Translations under genes and position numbers: made by a program
Shown here: positions 1-51,663 of the stretch, piece after piece
How the letters are laid out: each line of letters starts with the position of its first letter
How positions within the stretch are numbered: the first letter of the stretch is position 1
Notes under the pieces: generated by a model
What the model was told of the DNA's origin: nothing
Database searches by the model: none
Seen by the model: only the letters and a program-made list of their open reading frames with translations
Origin: the human T2T-CHM13v2.0 reference genome, Homo sapiens
NCBI RefSeq assembly: GCF_009914755.1
Contig: NC_060928.1
DNA length: 64,000 bases
Direction: 5' to 3' (one strand)

Positions 1-33340
<33,340 letters not shown>

Positions 33341-33764
33341 TTTGGCTGCAGACAGACTTCGCGGCGAGCAGTTTTAAAAAAACTCAGACGGCCGGCACCC
33401 CGCAATCCCTGCCAGCTGCAGCTTGGACTCGTGTTTCCGGGTATGACCGGAAATAGCGCATGGGACTCTAGGCAGGCGACACCTTAGCGGTTCCTAAAGC
33501 GAGCTATGCTACGGAAGCCTCAGAGTGTCAAAATTACTCTCGTTGCCAAAATACTCTGTGGTGTATTGGAGAGGCAGCCACCGCCGACCCGCCCCTCGCC
33601 CTTGGGCATATGCTACTACTTAATATTGCCTTGCGTTTCTGAAAGGATCTGAAATGTAAATTTTTTCACGTGTGTTAGCATGTATCGTCATTCCGACACC
33701 CATATGAAGCACATAAATGAGGATTAATCGTTTATTTTTAATCCCGCAGTCTAAAATTAGAAAC

Positions 33765-35282
33765 TGACGCCTGTAATCCCAGCACTTTGGGAGGCCAAGG
33801 CGGGCCTGAGGTCGGGAGTTCGAGACCGGCCTGATCCACATGGAGAAACCCCGTCTCTACTAAAATTACAAAATTAGTCGAGCGTGGTGGCGCATGCCTG
33901 TAATCCCAGCTACTAGGGAGGCTGAGGCAGGAGAATCGCTTGAACACAGGAGGCGGAGATTGCGGTAAGCCGAGATTGCACCATTTCACTCCAGCCTGGG
34001 CAACAAGAGCGAAACTCCGTATAAAAAACAAAACAAAACAAAACAAAACTGAAAAGAACCGTGGCGCTAGATAACACTATTCCCTCTTAGGAGGAAAAAA
34101 GAGCAACGAGGGTCATATAAGTTAATGTGTATGATTTTAGATATGTTTTTATTTTGGTTTTGGTTGTTTCAACTTAGCGTGACCCATACAAGGGAAAAGA
34201 GGGCTGGATAAAATGTGATCATGTTGACCATTAATAAATGCAATTAATCGTTAAAATTCAACCATCGTTATAAGCTTTGTAAGCACTCCTCAGTCAGAGT
34301 TTTTAATTCAGATCCTGGTAATTCGAAGAGGAGAATACATTTCTACAATCTCAAGGTGTAAAAAATCAATAAGGGTTGAATGAATGAGGTAGGGTGTTGT
34401 GAATTAGAGAGAGAGAAAAAAAAACCTAATTACCCACCCTGTGCCAGGCACTATTCCAAGCACTTGTATTAACTTATTTAATCCTCAGAACAACCCTCTA
34501 AAATAGGTGCTATTGTTATCTACATTTTACAGAAGAGGAAACAAGCTCAGGGAAGTTGACTGCCTCAATTCATAGCCTGTGAGGAAGATGAGATTTCAAT
34601 CTAGACAGTCTTGATTGTAACTACATGAGAAAAAACATAGCCTAACAGCTGGTAGCTGGTTGCTGGTCTGGCAAAATAGCCAGACAATAGGGTTCTGCTT
34701 AACCAAAGCAATTTTATAGAACGCCAACCTCATCTGTGACGATGATAAAATGAGCCCCAAACAAAACAACTCTGTAATCACACCTGCACACAAAATAAAG
34801 AATGCTTCACAAACCATGTTATTCAGCTGCTTTTGGAGAATGACTTATTTATTAATTATCAAATCAGTTACCTGTGAAGTTAAGAAATAAATGTCAGCAA
34901 TAAATCTTTTTTAAAAAGCATAGATTTAAATTAAAATTTTTTGGCTAGGTTGTTTTAGTGAGGGCAAAAAAAGTATTCTCAAAACAAAATCTGGCTAAGT
35001 GTGGTAGCTCAAGCCTGTAATCCCAGAACTTTGGGAAGCCAAGGTGGGAGAACCACTTGAGCTGGGTAGTTCAAGACTAGCCTGGGCAATATAGTGAGAC
35101 CCCATCTCTACCAAAAAGTTGAAAAATCAGCCAGGCATGGTGGCACAGGCTTGTGGTCCAAGCTACTGAGGAGGCTGAAGCAAAAGGGTTGCTTGAGCCC
35201 AGGAGGTTAAGGTTGCAGTGAAGCACTGCACACCAGCCTGGGCAATACAGTGAGACCCTGTCTCAAAAAAAAAAAAAAAAGA
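33765..35282 (+). mobile_element. Two Alus upstream of SDAD1 (33765-34048, 34994-35282)
   Basis: Alu consensus; the first lacks its 5' tip and retains many CpGs. Confidence 0.9.
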
Positions 35283-35639
35283 AAAAAGACTGCGTACAGG
35301 TACTTGAAAATGTCTGGTATATTGAAACAATAGCCATAAGTTTGGTGTGACTAAAGGCTGGGAGGGCAGGGTGCAGCAGGGAAAGAGCTGAGAAGGTTAT
35401 ATTGTCCTGATATGAAAGGCTTTAATTGCTATTCTAAGGAGGGCATATAGGTCAGTTCATTTTACCTCCAGCAGCATGGAAGGCAGGATTTGTTTTTGAT
35501 AAATGAGAACTCTAAGACTAAGAGTGGCTAACTGAATATATATTTTTCAGATGTTAAATAATTTGGGTATCTAAGGCCAACATCTCTGCTTTCATGTGAA
35601 ATTCCATCCTTTATTTTTAAAATTATAATGTATTTATTT

Positions 35640-36790
<1,151 letters not shown>

Positions 36791-37074
36791 TTTGCTTCTA
36801 CCATTCCACTGAAACTGTTTTTTATCAAGATCACCAATCACATCAATTTTCATTATTTAACTTAACCTGCAGCATTGGACACAGTTGGTCTCTCCCTTCT
36901 CCTGGAAACATACTTGGTAACTGACCTTTAACTGGTCTCTCTGCATTTTCCCTTACCCTCTTACACTGTATTTCCATGTAGTGGTCAGAGAGAGCCTTAA
37001 ATGGATCAGGTTATTCTTCCAACTTCCCTTCTCACTCAGAGTAAAAGCTGAAGTTCTTCAGTGGCATAGAAGGC

Positions 37075-37425
37075 TGTTATGAACTGCATGATTGTGTCCC
37101 GCCAAATTCATATGTTGAAACCCTAACCCCCAATGGGATGGTATTAGGAGGTAATTAGTTCATGAAGGTGGAGTCCTCATGATGAGATTATCATCCTTGT
37201 AAGAAGAGACACAAGAAAGCTTACCTCCTTTCTCTCTGATCTCTGCCATGTGAGGATACGAGAAAACATCTGTTTGCAAATCAAGAAGAGTGCCTCATCA
37301 AATACTAAGATACTAGATCTGCTGGCACCTAGATTTTGGACTTGCCAGCCTCCAGAACTGTGAGGAATAAATGTTTGTTGTTGAAGTCATCGAGTCTGTG
37401 GTAATTTGTTATAGCAGCCCAAAAC
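37075..37425 (+). mobile_element. MLT1A-type MaLR LTR
   Basis: TGTTATGAACTG...CAAATTCATATGTTGAAACCCTAACCCCCAATG...TTTGTTATAGCAGCCC. Confidence 0.8.
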
Positions 37426-38109
37426 CTTATATGATCTGACCCCACACTATCTCACTGGGCTCCTCTCCCATCACTCTCCCCGTTGCTTACTCTGCACCCC
37501 TTCAACCCTGCAATGATCCCCTAGCTGCCTTAAATGTGTCAAACTTCAGGCCTTCACACTTGCTGTTTCCTCTGATTCAAGTGCCACAAGCCTTGCTCTC
37601 TCATTGTCTTCAAGTCTCTGCTCAAATGACAACTTATTAGAGATGTCTTCCCTGACCTCACAGCCCTCTGCTCACCCCACACTCCCTTCCCCTGCTTCAT
37701 TTTCTCCAAAGCCCTTATCCGTCTCTGATATATCGTATACTTACTAGTTTAGTTGTTTATTGCCTGTCTTTATGCACTAGAATATGAGCTTAATGAAGAC
37801 TGTTTTGTTCATTGTCTATCCTGTACACTTGGAGCAATGCATGCATATAATAGGTAATCAGTTAATATTTGTTGAATGAATGAATGAATGCATGGATAAT
37901 CTCTAATGACTTCCAATTCTTCAACTGTGTGATTTATTAAAGCAGGAACTTAAAATATCTTGGACAAACGCAGATAAAATTTACCTGAAAATCAGTAAGT
38001 GACTAACGTGTGAATCCTTGTTATTACCTTTCTCATTAGAAACCAATGATATTGACTGTGTTCGGAAAAGCCAGTCATGTCTTCATCCTTTTCTGATTAA
38101 AATATATTG

Positions 38110-38887
<778 letters not shown>

Positions 38888-40078
38888 TTTTATTGTACTT
38901 TCTTCCTCCTCTCTCTCTTTTACAGCTTTGTTATGAGTTTTCCCCACAAGCCCATGTATTTCTTTGCTCCTGTGGGCAGCGAAAACTTTTGGCCTTGCCT
39001 CTGGACAAATCTATCAGGGCTGATAGATTTTGTCATTGGTACAGGCCCTCGCTTCTCATCCACCTCCACTGCCTCTCTTTTTGCTGATCCAAGGTCCCCA
39101 ACATTCTCCCTAGCTGGCAGAGATCATCCCTGTTTCCCCATTATTCAGAGAAATTTAGCTTAGTTTTGCTTTAACTTCCATACCATCAAAAGTCCTAGGC
39201 CCATCTCTCCCTAATCAAAGGCTCCATACAAAAGAGACATCTGCCCTGAGGTAAATTCTGAGGCTTTCAGTATTGCAGAAGTGATTGCTGGCATTTCTTT
39301 TTCTAAGCAACACATTTTTTCCCTCTCTGTTATATAGTTTATTTTGACATGTATCCTCTTACCTAATAGATTGTGATTTTTAGTTCTTCATTCCAGAGGA
39401 AATGCAGGTTGTCTACTCCAATGGTTAAAGAAAGCTGGTGGTAGATGGCTGTACCTACTTGGTCCTATACTCTACCAGAAGGCAGAGGCCAAGATTTAGT
39501 TTTCTGGAGATGGAGATACCAGCAAGTCCTTCCTTCTTTTTTTCTTTGAGCAAAACAAATTCTTTATTAAAACAGTTGACTTGAAACAGTATATTATATC
39601 TAAAGGAAGAGTTTTTTTTTAATCTGTATAGCAGACTTTTAAAGAAAGCAACTAGTTATGTATAACTTGACACCTTTCCCTCTAATCTTTTGTCAGTTTG
39701 CCCCAGTTCATAATCTTATTAATGGACTTAGATTAGACTGTTCCTTTGTGATTTATTCATCTCCTTAAAATGTAGGGTCCAAAGTTGAAAGTTCCCTCCT
39801 GAGAACTTTAAACCAATGTGGGTATCAAAATGCCTCAAGTGACTTCTTGGCTTGTGATGACTTGGGAGCTAATTCCACTCCCTATTAAGAAGTGTTGCCT
39901 GTTTTTCTTTCTCATTTAATTTCATCTCCTGTCTATATAGGCCAAAAACGAGACAGTACCTAAAGTATCTGTGATTGTAGTCTCTCTTTATCTTCCTTTC
40001 CAATAAGAAGGCAACTTTCCAGTTTCCCCGTAAGGATAAAACAACTACAGATAGCTTCCTCCCAGTTAACTGACCTAG

Positions 40079-40342
<264 letters not shown>

Positions 40343-41136
40343 TGATCCAGCCACCTTGGCTGGGATTACAGGCGTGAGCCATGGTACCTGGCCACTAGCA
40401 TTTAAATTCATAAGAATAGTTTACAGATTAAATACGTCTGAGTCTTTTATCCATTGCTCTAATGTATAAAATTTGTTCAGGCACAGACTGCTTTCTAGTA
40501 TAGCAAAATAATTGAAGATTTTAATCATAGAACAATCCTTACTAGTTAAAGTCATTTTATGACAGGGCATGGAGGTGGATATCAGTGTGGCCAGGAGGAT
40601 TCTGGGATGGAGTCATGGGAAAAGTGGGACTTGAATCATGTGTAGGTGGGAGTCAGATGAGTTGGAAAGTAGGACAGGGCGAATAAAAGAATGAGCAATG
40701 CGAGGGCAGAAATGAGCATGAGATGAACATGACAAGAGTAGTTGAAATTGATTTGGAAAAGGCCTAAAATGAAAATTTAGGGTGAAGTATATGTCAATCA
40801 ACTAAAAAATACATATTAGGAGCTTCCTAAGTGCCAGGCACTGCTCTAGGCATGCAGTAGTGGGGAAGACAAAGTTTCCATGGTCGAGGAACCTAAATTT
40901 GTACATGTGGTAGGGTAGGAGGGAAGATATAAGTACACACATTATTTTAAAAGGTAATTGTAGATTGTGATGGTTTGATCATTATATCTAATCATGATAA
41001 AAGAAAATGAAACAGACTCTAGCCACCGGATTTTTAAAATTGTGTACCCTTCTAGTTAAAATTAGAACAGCCATCCCATCTATGTATGTTTTGTTCTCTT
41101 GTTAGTTTATATTAGCATTATTAATATGATCTTCCA

Positions 41137-41542
41137 CAGGAATTTCTTAGCAGGAGTCTTTTAGAGCCACTTGCCCATTTTGTGAAGGTTGGCTTAGTGA
41201 GCACTCTGTCTTGTAATCCTTAAATCCCCTTAACTACATGCACATAAATGGAAACTCATGTTGCAATCTGCAGAAGGTGAATGACTGAGTGAGGGCACAT
41301 GCCAGCCCCTCAGTTGTGGCGATGTCACCTTTTCCTCAGGAATTTCTTAGCAGGAGTCTTTTAGAGCCACTTGCCCATTTTGTGAAGGTTGGCTTAGTGA
41401 GCACTCTGTCTTGTAATCCTTAAATCCCCTTAACTACATGCACATAAATGGAAACTCATGTTGCAATCTGCAGAAGGTGAATGACTGAGTGAGGGCACAT
41501 GCCAGCCCCTCAGTTGTGGCGATGTCACCTTTTCCTCAGGAA
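41137..41542. repeat. Exact 200-bp tandem duplication
   Basis: 41141-41340 is identical to 41341-41540 by eye; CAGGAA shared at the boundaries. Confidence 0.96.
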
Positions 41543-43462
41543 ATTAGCACATGACAAATGATTTACAGTCAATTTTCAGTTTTTTCTTGTTTTTTAGACA
41601 AAAATGTAAGTTCTAAATATTTTCATCAACTCCATAAGGTACACACACTGGAACCACTACCACTACCAGAGAGAGAGTCTGGGGAAAGAGTGGTTATTTT
41701 ACTAAGGGTCATAAGAGAAGGGGACTCTGTGAAGTGACATTTAAACTGAGACTTAAGTGATGAGGCAAGAACCGCCATGCAAAGAAGTGTGTGTAGGCCC
41801 AGGTGTTTCAGGGAAGCAGAGCCACTATGAGTATTATGAGGATAAAAATTTACTATAGGATTCAGATCTCACAGATGAGGAAGGATCTCAGGGAGTGAAC
41901 ATCTAGAAGGGAGAGTCAGGGGATCAGAGGAAGAATCAGTGACTGGTCCATCAGAAGCACTGGGACAGTTGGACAAATAGAGCTTGTGTGAAAAATCCAA
42001 GAAGTTAAGCCCGTTCAGCGCCAAATTGGGGCTGCTAGGGTCTATGGGAGCTGTTGCTTCTGTGTAACTACCGCCTCTGTGGGTCCACTGCCAAATATCT
42101 GGGTGGGGGGCCTGGGACCATCACTGATCATGAGGCCAGCAGTCCTGAGCATAAGCTGAACGTGGAGGAAAAGAGCAAGGACAAGCTGGGATCCACTGGC
42201 TACCAGTGTGTCTGTCAATATGTCTAATCAAGATTAAGGGTCACTCCTTCACTTTTGATTTCCAAATCTCACATGAGTTCTTCTTTGGCTAACTATAACC
42301 TGGAACCACACAGGGAAGGAGATTCTGGGAAATGTAGTTGTAAGACTAACCAAGTTGATATAGTACAACCCAGAACCACAGGGAACAAAAACCCCAGAAG
42401 GCAATGAATTCAGTGTGCTCAAGAGACATACAGAAAAAAGGTGATGCTGAGGCTCAACAAAGGAGGGGAGGGTAGAGGGAGCATGATTAGATAAGCAGGC
42501 AGATCCCAGCTTATGTTAGGCCAGCTCATGGTATGTTTTGACTTAATGCTAAGCTGCAGGATTTTAAGCAAGGTGGCAGCATTCTGTAAGTTATTTTTTA
42601 AAAAGATTATTCTAGTTGTCATGGAAGTTAGGGAAGCAAGAGAAATGTTGAGAAGAAGAGCCAACAGGGAAAACAGCAGGCTACTGAGGTAGCTCAGGAA
42701 AGAGACAATGATGGCCTGGACTAGGATTATAAAATACAGATATTGAGAACTGGTCAGGAAGCCTTTTAGTCTCATTTCTCCAACATGTTTTTTCAGTGCT
42801 GGAAACATTTCTCTCTATGAGATGTAGGATCCATCTGCTGCAAGGAAGATGCAGCAGAGGTAAGTGCTTAGGGAGGATCTGGGACAAACATTGAGGACTT
42901 TCTCTGCACCAAGACCTATGCTGAACCTGCTCCTCACAACAATCTGGAATGAGGAAAATGATGCACTGGGAGGTTAAATATTATACTTTAACCAGGGTCA
43001 CACAGTTAATAAGTAGTGGGCCCCTGATTCTAACCAGGATATCTCAGAATCCAGGATCTTAGCTCCTTCCAGAGTCCTGTTGCCTCTCAGGTGAAGGCCC
43101 TTGTGAGAATTCATGTCTACCATTAGCAGCTGTTATCTGCCCGAATATTACACCTGTCTGGCCTCTAAAGTGTACATCAAGTGTACAGGCTGATGCTCTT
43201 CGTTCCACTCTCAACCTTCTTAGAGACTCCACGCTGCGTAATGCCTCCAGCCCAAGTTTCCTGGACCCTTAAATAATTCATTCAGTGTTTAGGTCTCCAT
43301 CATAACTACTTGAGGCTTTACAATATTTAAACATATACAATTTTAGGGATAGAAAAGAAGACGTGTTGGCTTCCTGGGGACACACCTCATTGGAATAGTG
43401 TTACTCTTGAGGATTAGGAAATACATTGAATTCTACATAATGCTTTTTTTTTTTTTTTTTGA

Positions 43463-43795
<333 letters not shown>

Positions 43796-43844
43796 TAGGT
43801 TTTTTTTCCTGTTCCCGATCGACCCTTTAAAGAGCTTTCATGTG

Positions 43845-46100
43845 TTATCTCAACTAGTGTTACACTTTATTTGAGAGAAAGCTAAAAAGTAAATAAGGAC
43901 ATATAAGATTTACTATTAAACATTCAACAGTTGAAGGGTACATTCAAGAGAAAAAAAATCAAGATCTGTTTTCTGATTAATGGTCTATTTATTGATACCA
44001 TTCTATTTTAACAAAGAAAATATTTCAAATTACAAGGTATACAAGTCAATACTGTTTTGAAGTGAAAAATTATTTGCTTTGAGAGTGTATGCATGTATGT
44101 ATATATATGATAAATGATTATAACGTGTGTGTCAGTGACAATATGTAGTCTTTGGTTGTTAGTTATATACTGTCTACCTGTGAGATGCAAGGTAAGTGGG
44201 TCACAGACTCTCAAATTTATGAAACACTTAGATTTTTCAGGGAAGTTACATGAAGGAACTAGGGAGTTTCATGATTAGATAAGACGTTCGGGTGGGATCT
44301 CCACCGGACAGCACTCTAAATCATCAGCAGTGTGAGCAGTGATTCAATTTGGGAAAGTGAGTATAGGTTTAAATTCTGGCCACAGACAACCTCTCCTACA
44401 CAATTCACTGAACCTCCCCTGGAAGGAGGTTTCCACATCCTGCAGAGGCTAACTGGGCACCAATCATGCTTCCACTAACCGACTTGGCTGCTTCCTCTAG
44501 CGCTTAGTACTTCACCGTTCCCTTTCTTCATGGGAGATGGTGTGGTAATTGATAATCACAATACAAACTCTGAAACAAGTAAACGGACAATAAAACTCAT
44601 ATTTGCCTAAAATGAGTTTCGATAAGGATCTCGGTGGCTATCTTGTTAGATCTTAGAAAGCTGAGGCTTATTGAGAAAGCCCTTTTCCTTCGGGAAAAGG
44701 AATTTTTGTATGGTTGGGAAAAGGTTGGTCACTGGCTGATCTATAAAGTCCTTTTCATTGTAAGATTATATGATTTTCGGTAAACTGTATATTTTTTAAA
44801 AACAGTCCAGAATATCCGCAAGTGTTTTACCACGTGCTTCTTATTGTTGGAGAAGCTGAGCAAACATCCTGTCATAAAAAGACAAGGATGTTGCATCATC
44901 CCTGGTCCCTGTAGTGAGTGTCCTGAAGATAATAAGTAAGAGGTTACCAGAGGCTAGCCAACATGGAGTAGCCAGGAAAGAGCCAGCACCTGCTCTGAGA
45001 CAATGGTCTGGTTGCCATCCTGCCCATAACAACATCAATTAAAAAATTATTAAAACCTAGTTCCACAGTATTATTAGGCACTGTGGAAGAAACAGGGAAA
45101 TATACTGTGGCTCTTGCCCTCAAGGAGCTGACAATCTGGTTGGAGAGATAGGATAAACACCCAAGAATTAGTTAACCATTGAGTGTTCACCCATGTGGTA
45201 CTGAACCAAGTGAAACAGGAGTTTTAAGATAATTTGTGTGTCCAAAAAGGTTTATTTAAGAGGCAGGACTTGAACTAAGCTGGACTGAGTGAGGATGAAT
45301 TGGGAGAAGAAAGCACTTCTGTGGGGTGTTGGGGACAAGATGAGAAAGGAGTTGACTCAGATAAATCAGAGCATATGACAGGTGCACTGGAGAGAAGAAA
45401 GGCACTGCATTGTGGTAGGATGGAGAAGAGCTGACTTGAATGAAGCAAAGGGGAACAAAAAGAAATAAAGTGGTCAGCCTGAGCGGGCAAGATGGAATCA
45501 CATGGCTTCCAAAGCCAGAAAGGAGGCTCTGAAAGCCACACACTGGTGATCTCCAGTGGTGATACCCAATAACAATCAGCATGAATCTCTCAGACACATT
45601 GTGTGTGAGGCCTGTAGGCTGATTCAAATACAGAGGTTGATGGCCACAGCAGCTTGGTGAGGTCCAGCTCAATTTCAAACTGCTTGGCTCACCAGCATGC
45701 TAACAGGCTTAGGACTTGCTGACATGTGCCTCAGATACTCTCTGGAGGCTGCAGTACGTGGAAGCCTAGGGCTGCTCTTCCAGGCAGCTGTTGTGAGTGG
45801 GATGTGGTTGGGTGAACATCTGTGTAGACATGGGTATTGCTAAAATCATGGCCTTAAGCATGATGAAATTCAACTGGTGGGTGGTAGAAGAACAAAGACA
45901 ATCATAGCCTTTAACAATTCTTAACGTTTGGATTCTTAAAATCAACTTTCTAACTTTAGTTACAATTTCAGAGTAATGTTTTAAATTTTCTAGTCAAATT
46001 AATAAGCCTTTGTATTATATGCCATCCTCCTTTGGAATGATAGCGGTATAATTAAAATAGAACATTTTTAACACAGAATACTTATTGGTGAAGTGGTCTC
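43845..46100 (-). other. CXCL9: CXCL9 3' UTR (about 2.1-2.3 kb)
   Basis: Continues from the stop codon to minus-strand AATAAA signals at 43988-43993 and 43866-43871; exact end inferred. Confidence 0.75.
43988..43993 (-). terminator. CXCL9: CXCL9 polyadenylation signal AATAAA (second candidate at 43866-43871)
   Basis: TTTATT on the plus strand at the end of the AT-rich UTR. Confidence 0.7.
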
Positions 46101-49952
<3,852 letters not shown>

Positions 49953-50034
49953 AGTGATAGAATGGAGTTCCAAGTCACTCCTGTATTGGATTTTGAGCCT
50001 GAGAAATTCTTTAGAGAACACATTTTGGGGATCA

Positions 50035-50162
50035 TATTTATTTAGGATATTCATTTCTCTCCTAAACTCTGATTGGCTAGTATCTTTAGCTGAGCTAACT
50101 AAATTGACCACAAACTTGATTGTGCTGGGGGAAACCCTAGTCTCAGATCCAAGGGAATTTCT
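50035..50162 (-). promoter_or_regulatory. CXCL9: CXCL9 proximal promoter: TATA-like box, CCAAT box, two NF-kB sites
   Basis: Minus-strand TAAATAAATA at about 50035-50044; CCAAT at 50072-50076; GGGGAAACCC at 50128-50137; GGGAATTTCT at 50153-50162. Confidence 0.8.
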
Positions 50163-50177
50163 GCATGTTTTTATTTC

Positions 50178-50210
50178 CATTTCACATAAATGGGTGGTTT
50201 ATAGTAAGGG
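50178..50210 (-). promoter_or_regulatory. CXCL9: Gamma-responsive element (gamma-RE, tandem GAS-like STAT1 sites) of CXCL9
   Basis: Minus strand CCCTTACTATAAACCACCCATTTATGTGAAATG has two TT-N5-AA sites and matches the Mig gamma-RE as I recall it. Confidence 0.85.
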
Positions 50211-50609
50211 ATGTGAAACTAGCAACACTGATAGCCTTTGGCACATTCACAGTTGCTCACCTGTGTGAAGAATAGGTTATATAATGAATATACTAATGTT
50301 ATACAACAAAGGTTGGAGATGTGGTTTCCAGATGGGAAATATTAAAGTCCAGATAAATAATATACTTTTCAAATTCCCTTACTATTTATGGCATATTCTT
50401 CTGTATAATAGATGGCTACATTGATATTTTCTTATATTGCCCACTTAACAACTTAAAGCACCTTAATTTCCTCTGGGACCAGGTCATTTTCTACTAGTGG
50501 TAAGCTCATTCTGTATCATTCCTGCTACAGTATTATTTTTTAAACTAATAAATTGGTTAGAATAAGGGGTCAGTTGCATGTAAGAGACCCAAATTAACAG
50601 TGGCTAAGA

Positions 50610-51663
50610 AATGCAATAAAAATGAAGATAAATAGCTGGGACCTAATTAAAGAGCTTTTGCACAGCAAAAGGAACAGTCAGCAGAGTAAACAGACAACCC
50701 ACAGAGTGGGAGAAAATCTTCACAATCTATATACCTGACAAAGGACTAATATCCAGAATCTAGAATGAATTCAAACAAATCATTAAGTAAAAAACAAACA
50801 ATCCCATTAAAAAGTGGGCTAAGGACATCAATATACAATTCTCAAAAGAAGATACACGAATAGCCAACAAACATATGAAAAAATGCTCATCACTAATGAT
50901 CAGGGAAATGCAAATCAAAACCACGGTGTGATACCACCTTACACCTGCAAGAATGGCCATAATCAAAAAATCAAAAAACAGCAGATGTTGGTGTGGACTT
51001 GGTGATCAGGGAACACTTCTACACTGCTGGTGGGAATGTAAACTAGCACAGCCGCTATGGAAAACAGTGTGGAGATTCCTTAAAGAACTAAAAAGCAGAA
51101 TTACCATTTTATCCAGCAATCCCACTACTGGGTATCTACCCAGAGGAAAAGAAGTCATTATTTGAAAAATGTACTTGCACATGCATGTTTATAGCAGCAC
51201 AATTCACAATTGCAAAATCATGGAACCAACCCAAATGCCCATCAATCAATGAGTGAATAAAGAAACTGTGGTTTATATATACACAATCGAATACTACTCA
51301 GTCACAAAAAGGAATGAATTAACGGCATTAGCAGTGACCTGGATGAGATTGGAGACTATTATTCTAAGTGAAGTAACTCAGGAATGGAAAACCAATCATC
51401 ATCTGTTCTCACTGGTATGTGGGAGCTAAGCTATGAGGACACAAAGGCATAAGAATGATACAATGGAGTTTGGGGACTTGTGGAGAAGAGTGGGAGCGGG
51501 GTGAGGGATAAAAGACTACAAATAGGGTGCAGTGTATACTGCTTGGGTGATGGGTGAACCGAAATCTCACAAATCACCACTAAAGAACTTATTCGTGTAA
51601 CCAAATACCACCTGTACCCCAATAACTTATGGAAAAATAAAAAAAAAAAAAACAACAACAGAA
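50610..51663 (+). mobile_element. 5'-truncated L1PB-type element upstream of CXCL9
   Basis: ORF2 end and 3' UTR with A tail; 14-bp TSD AACAGTGGCTAAGA at 50596-50609 and 51664-51677. Confidence 0.92.
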
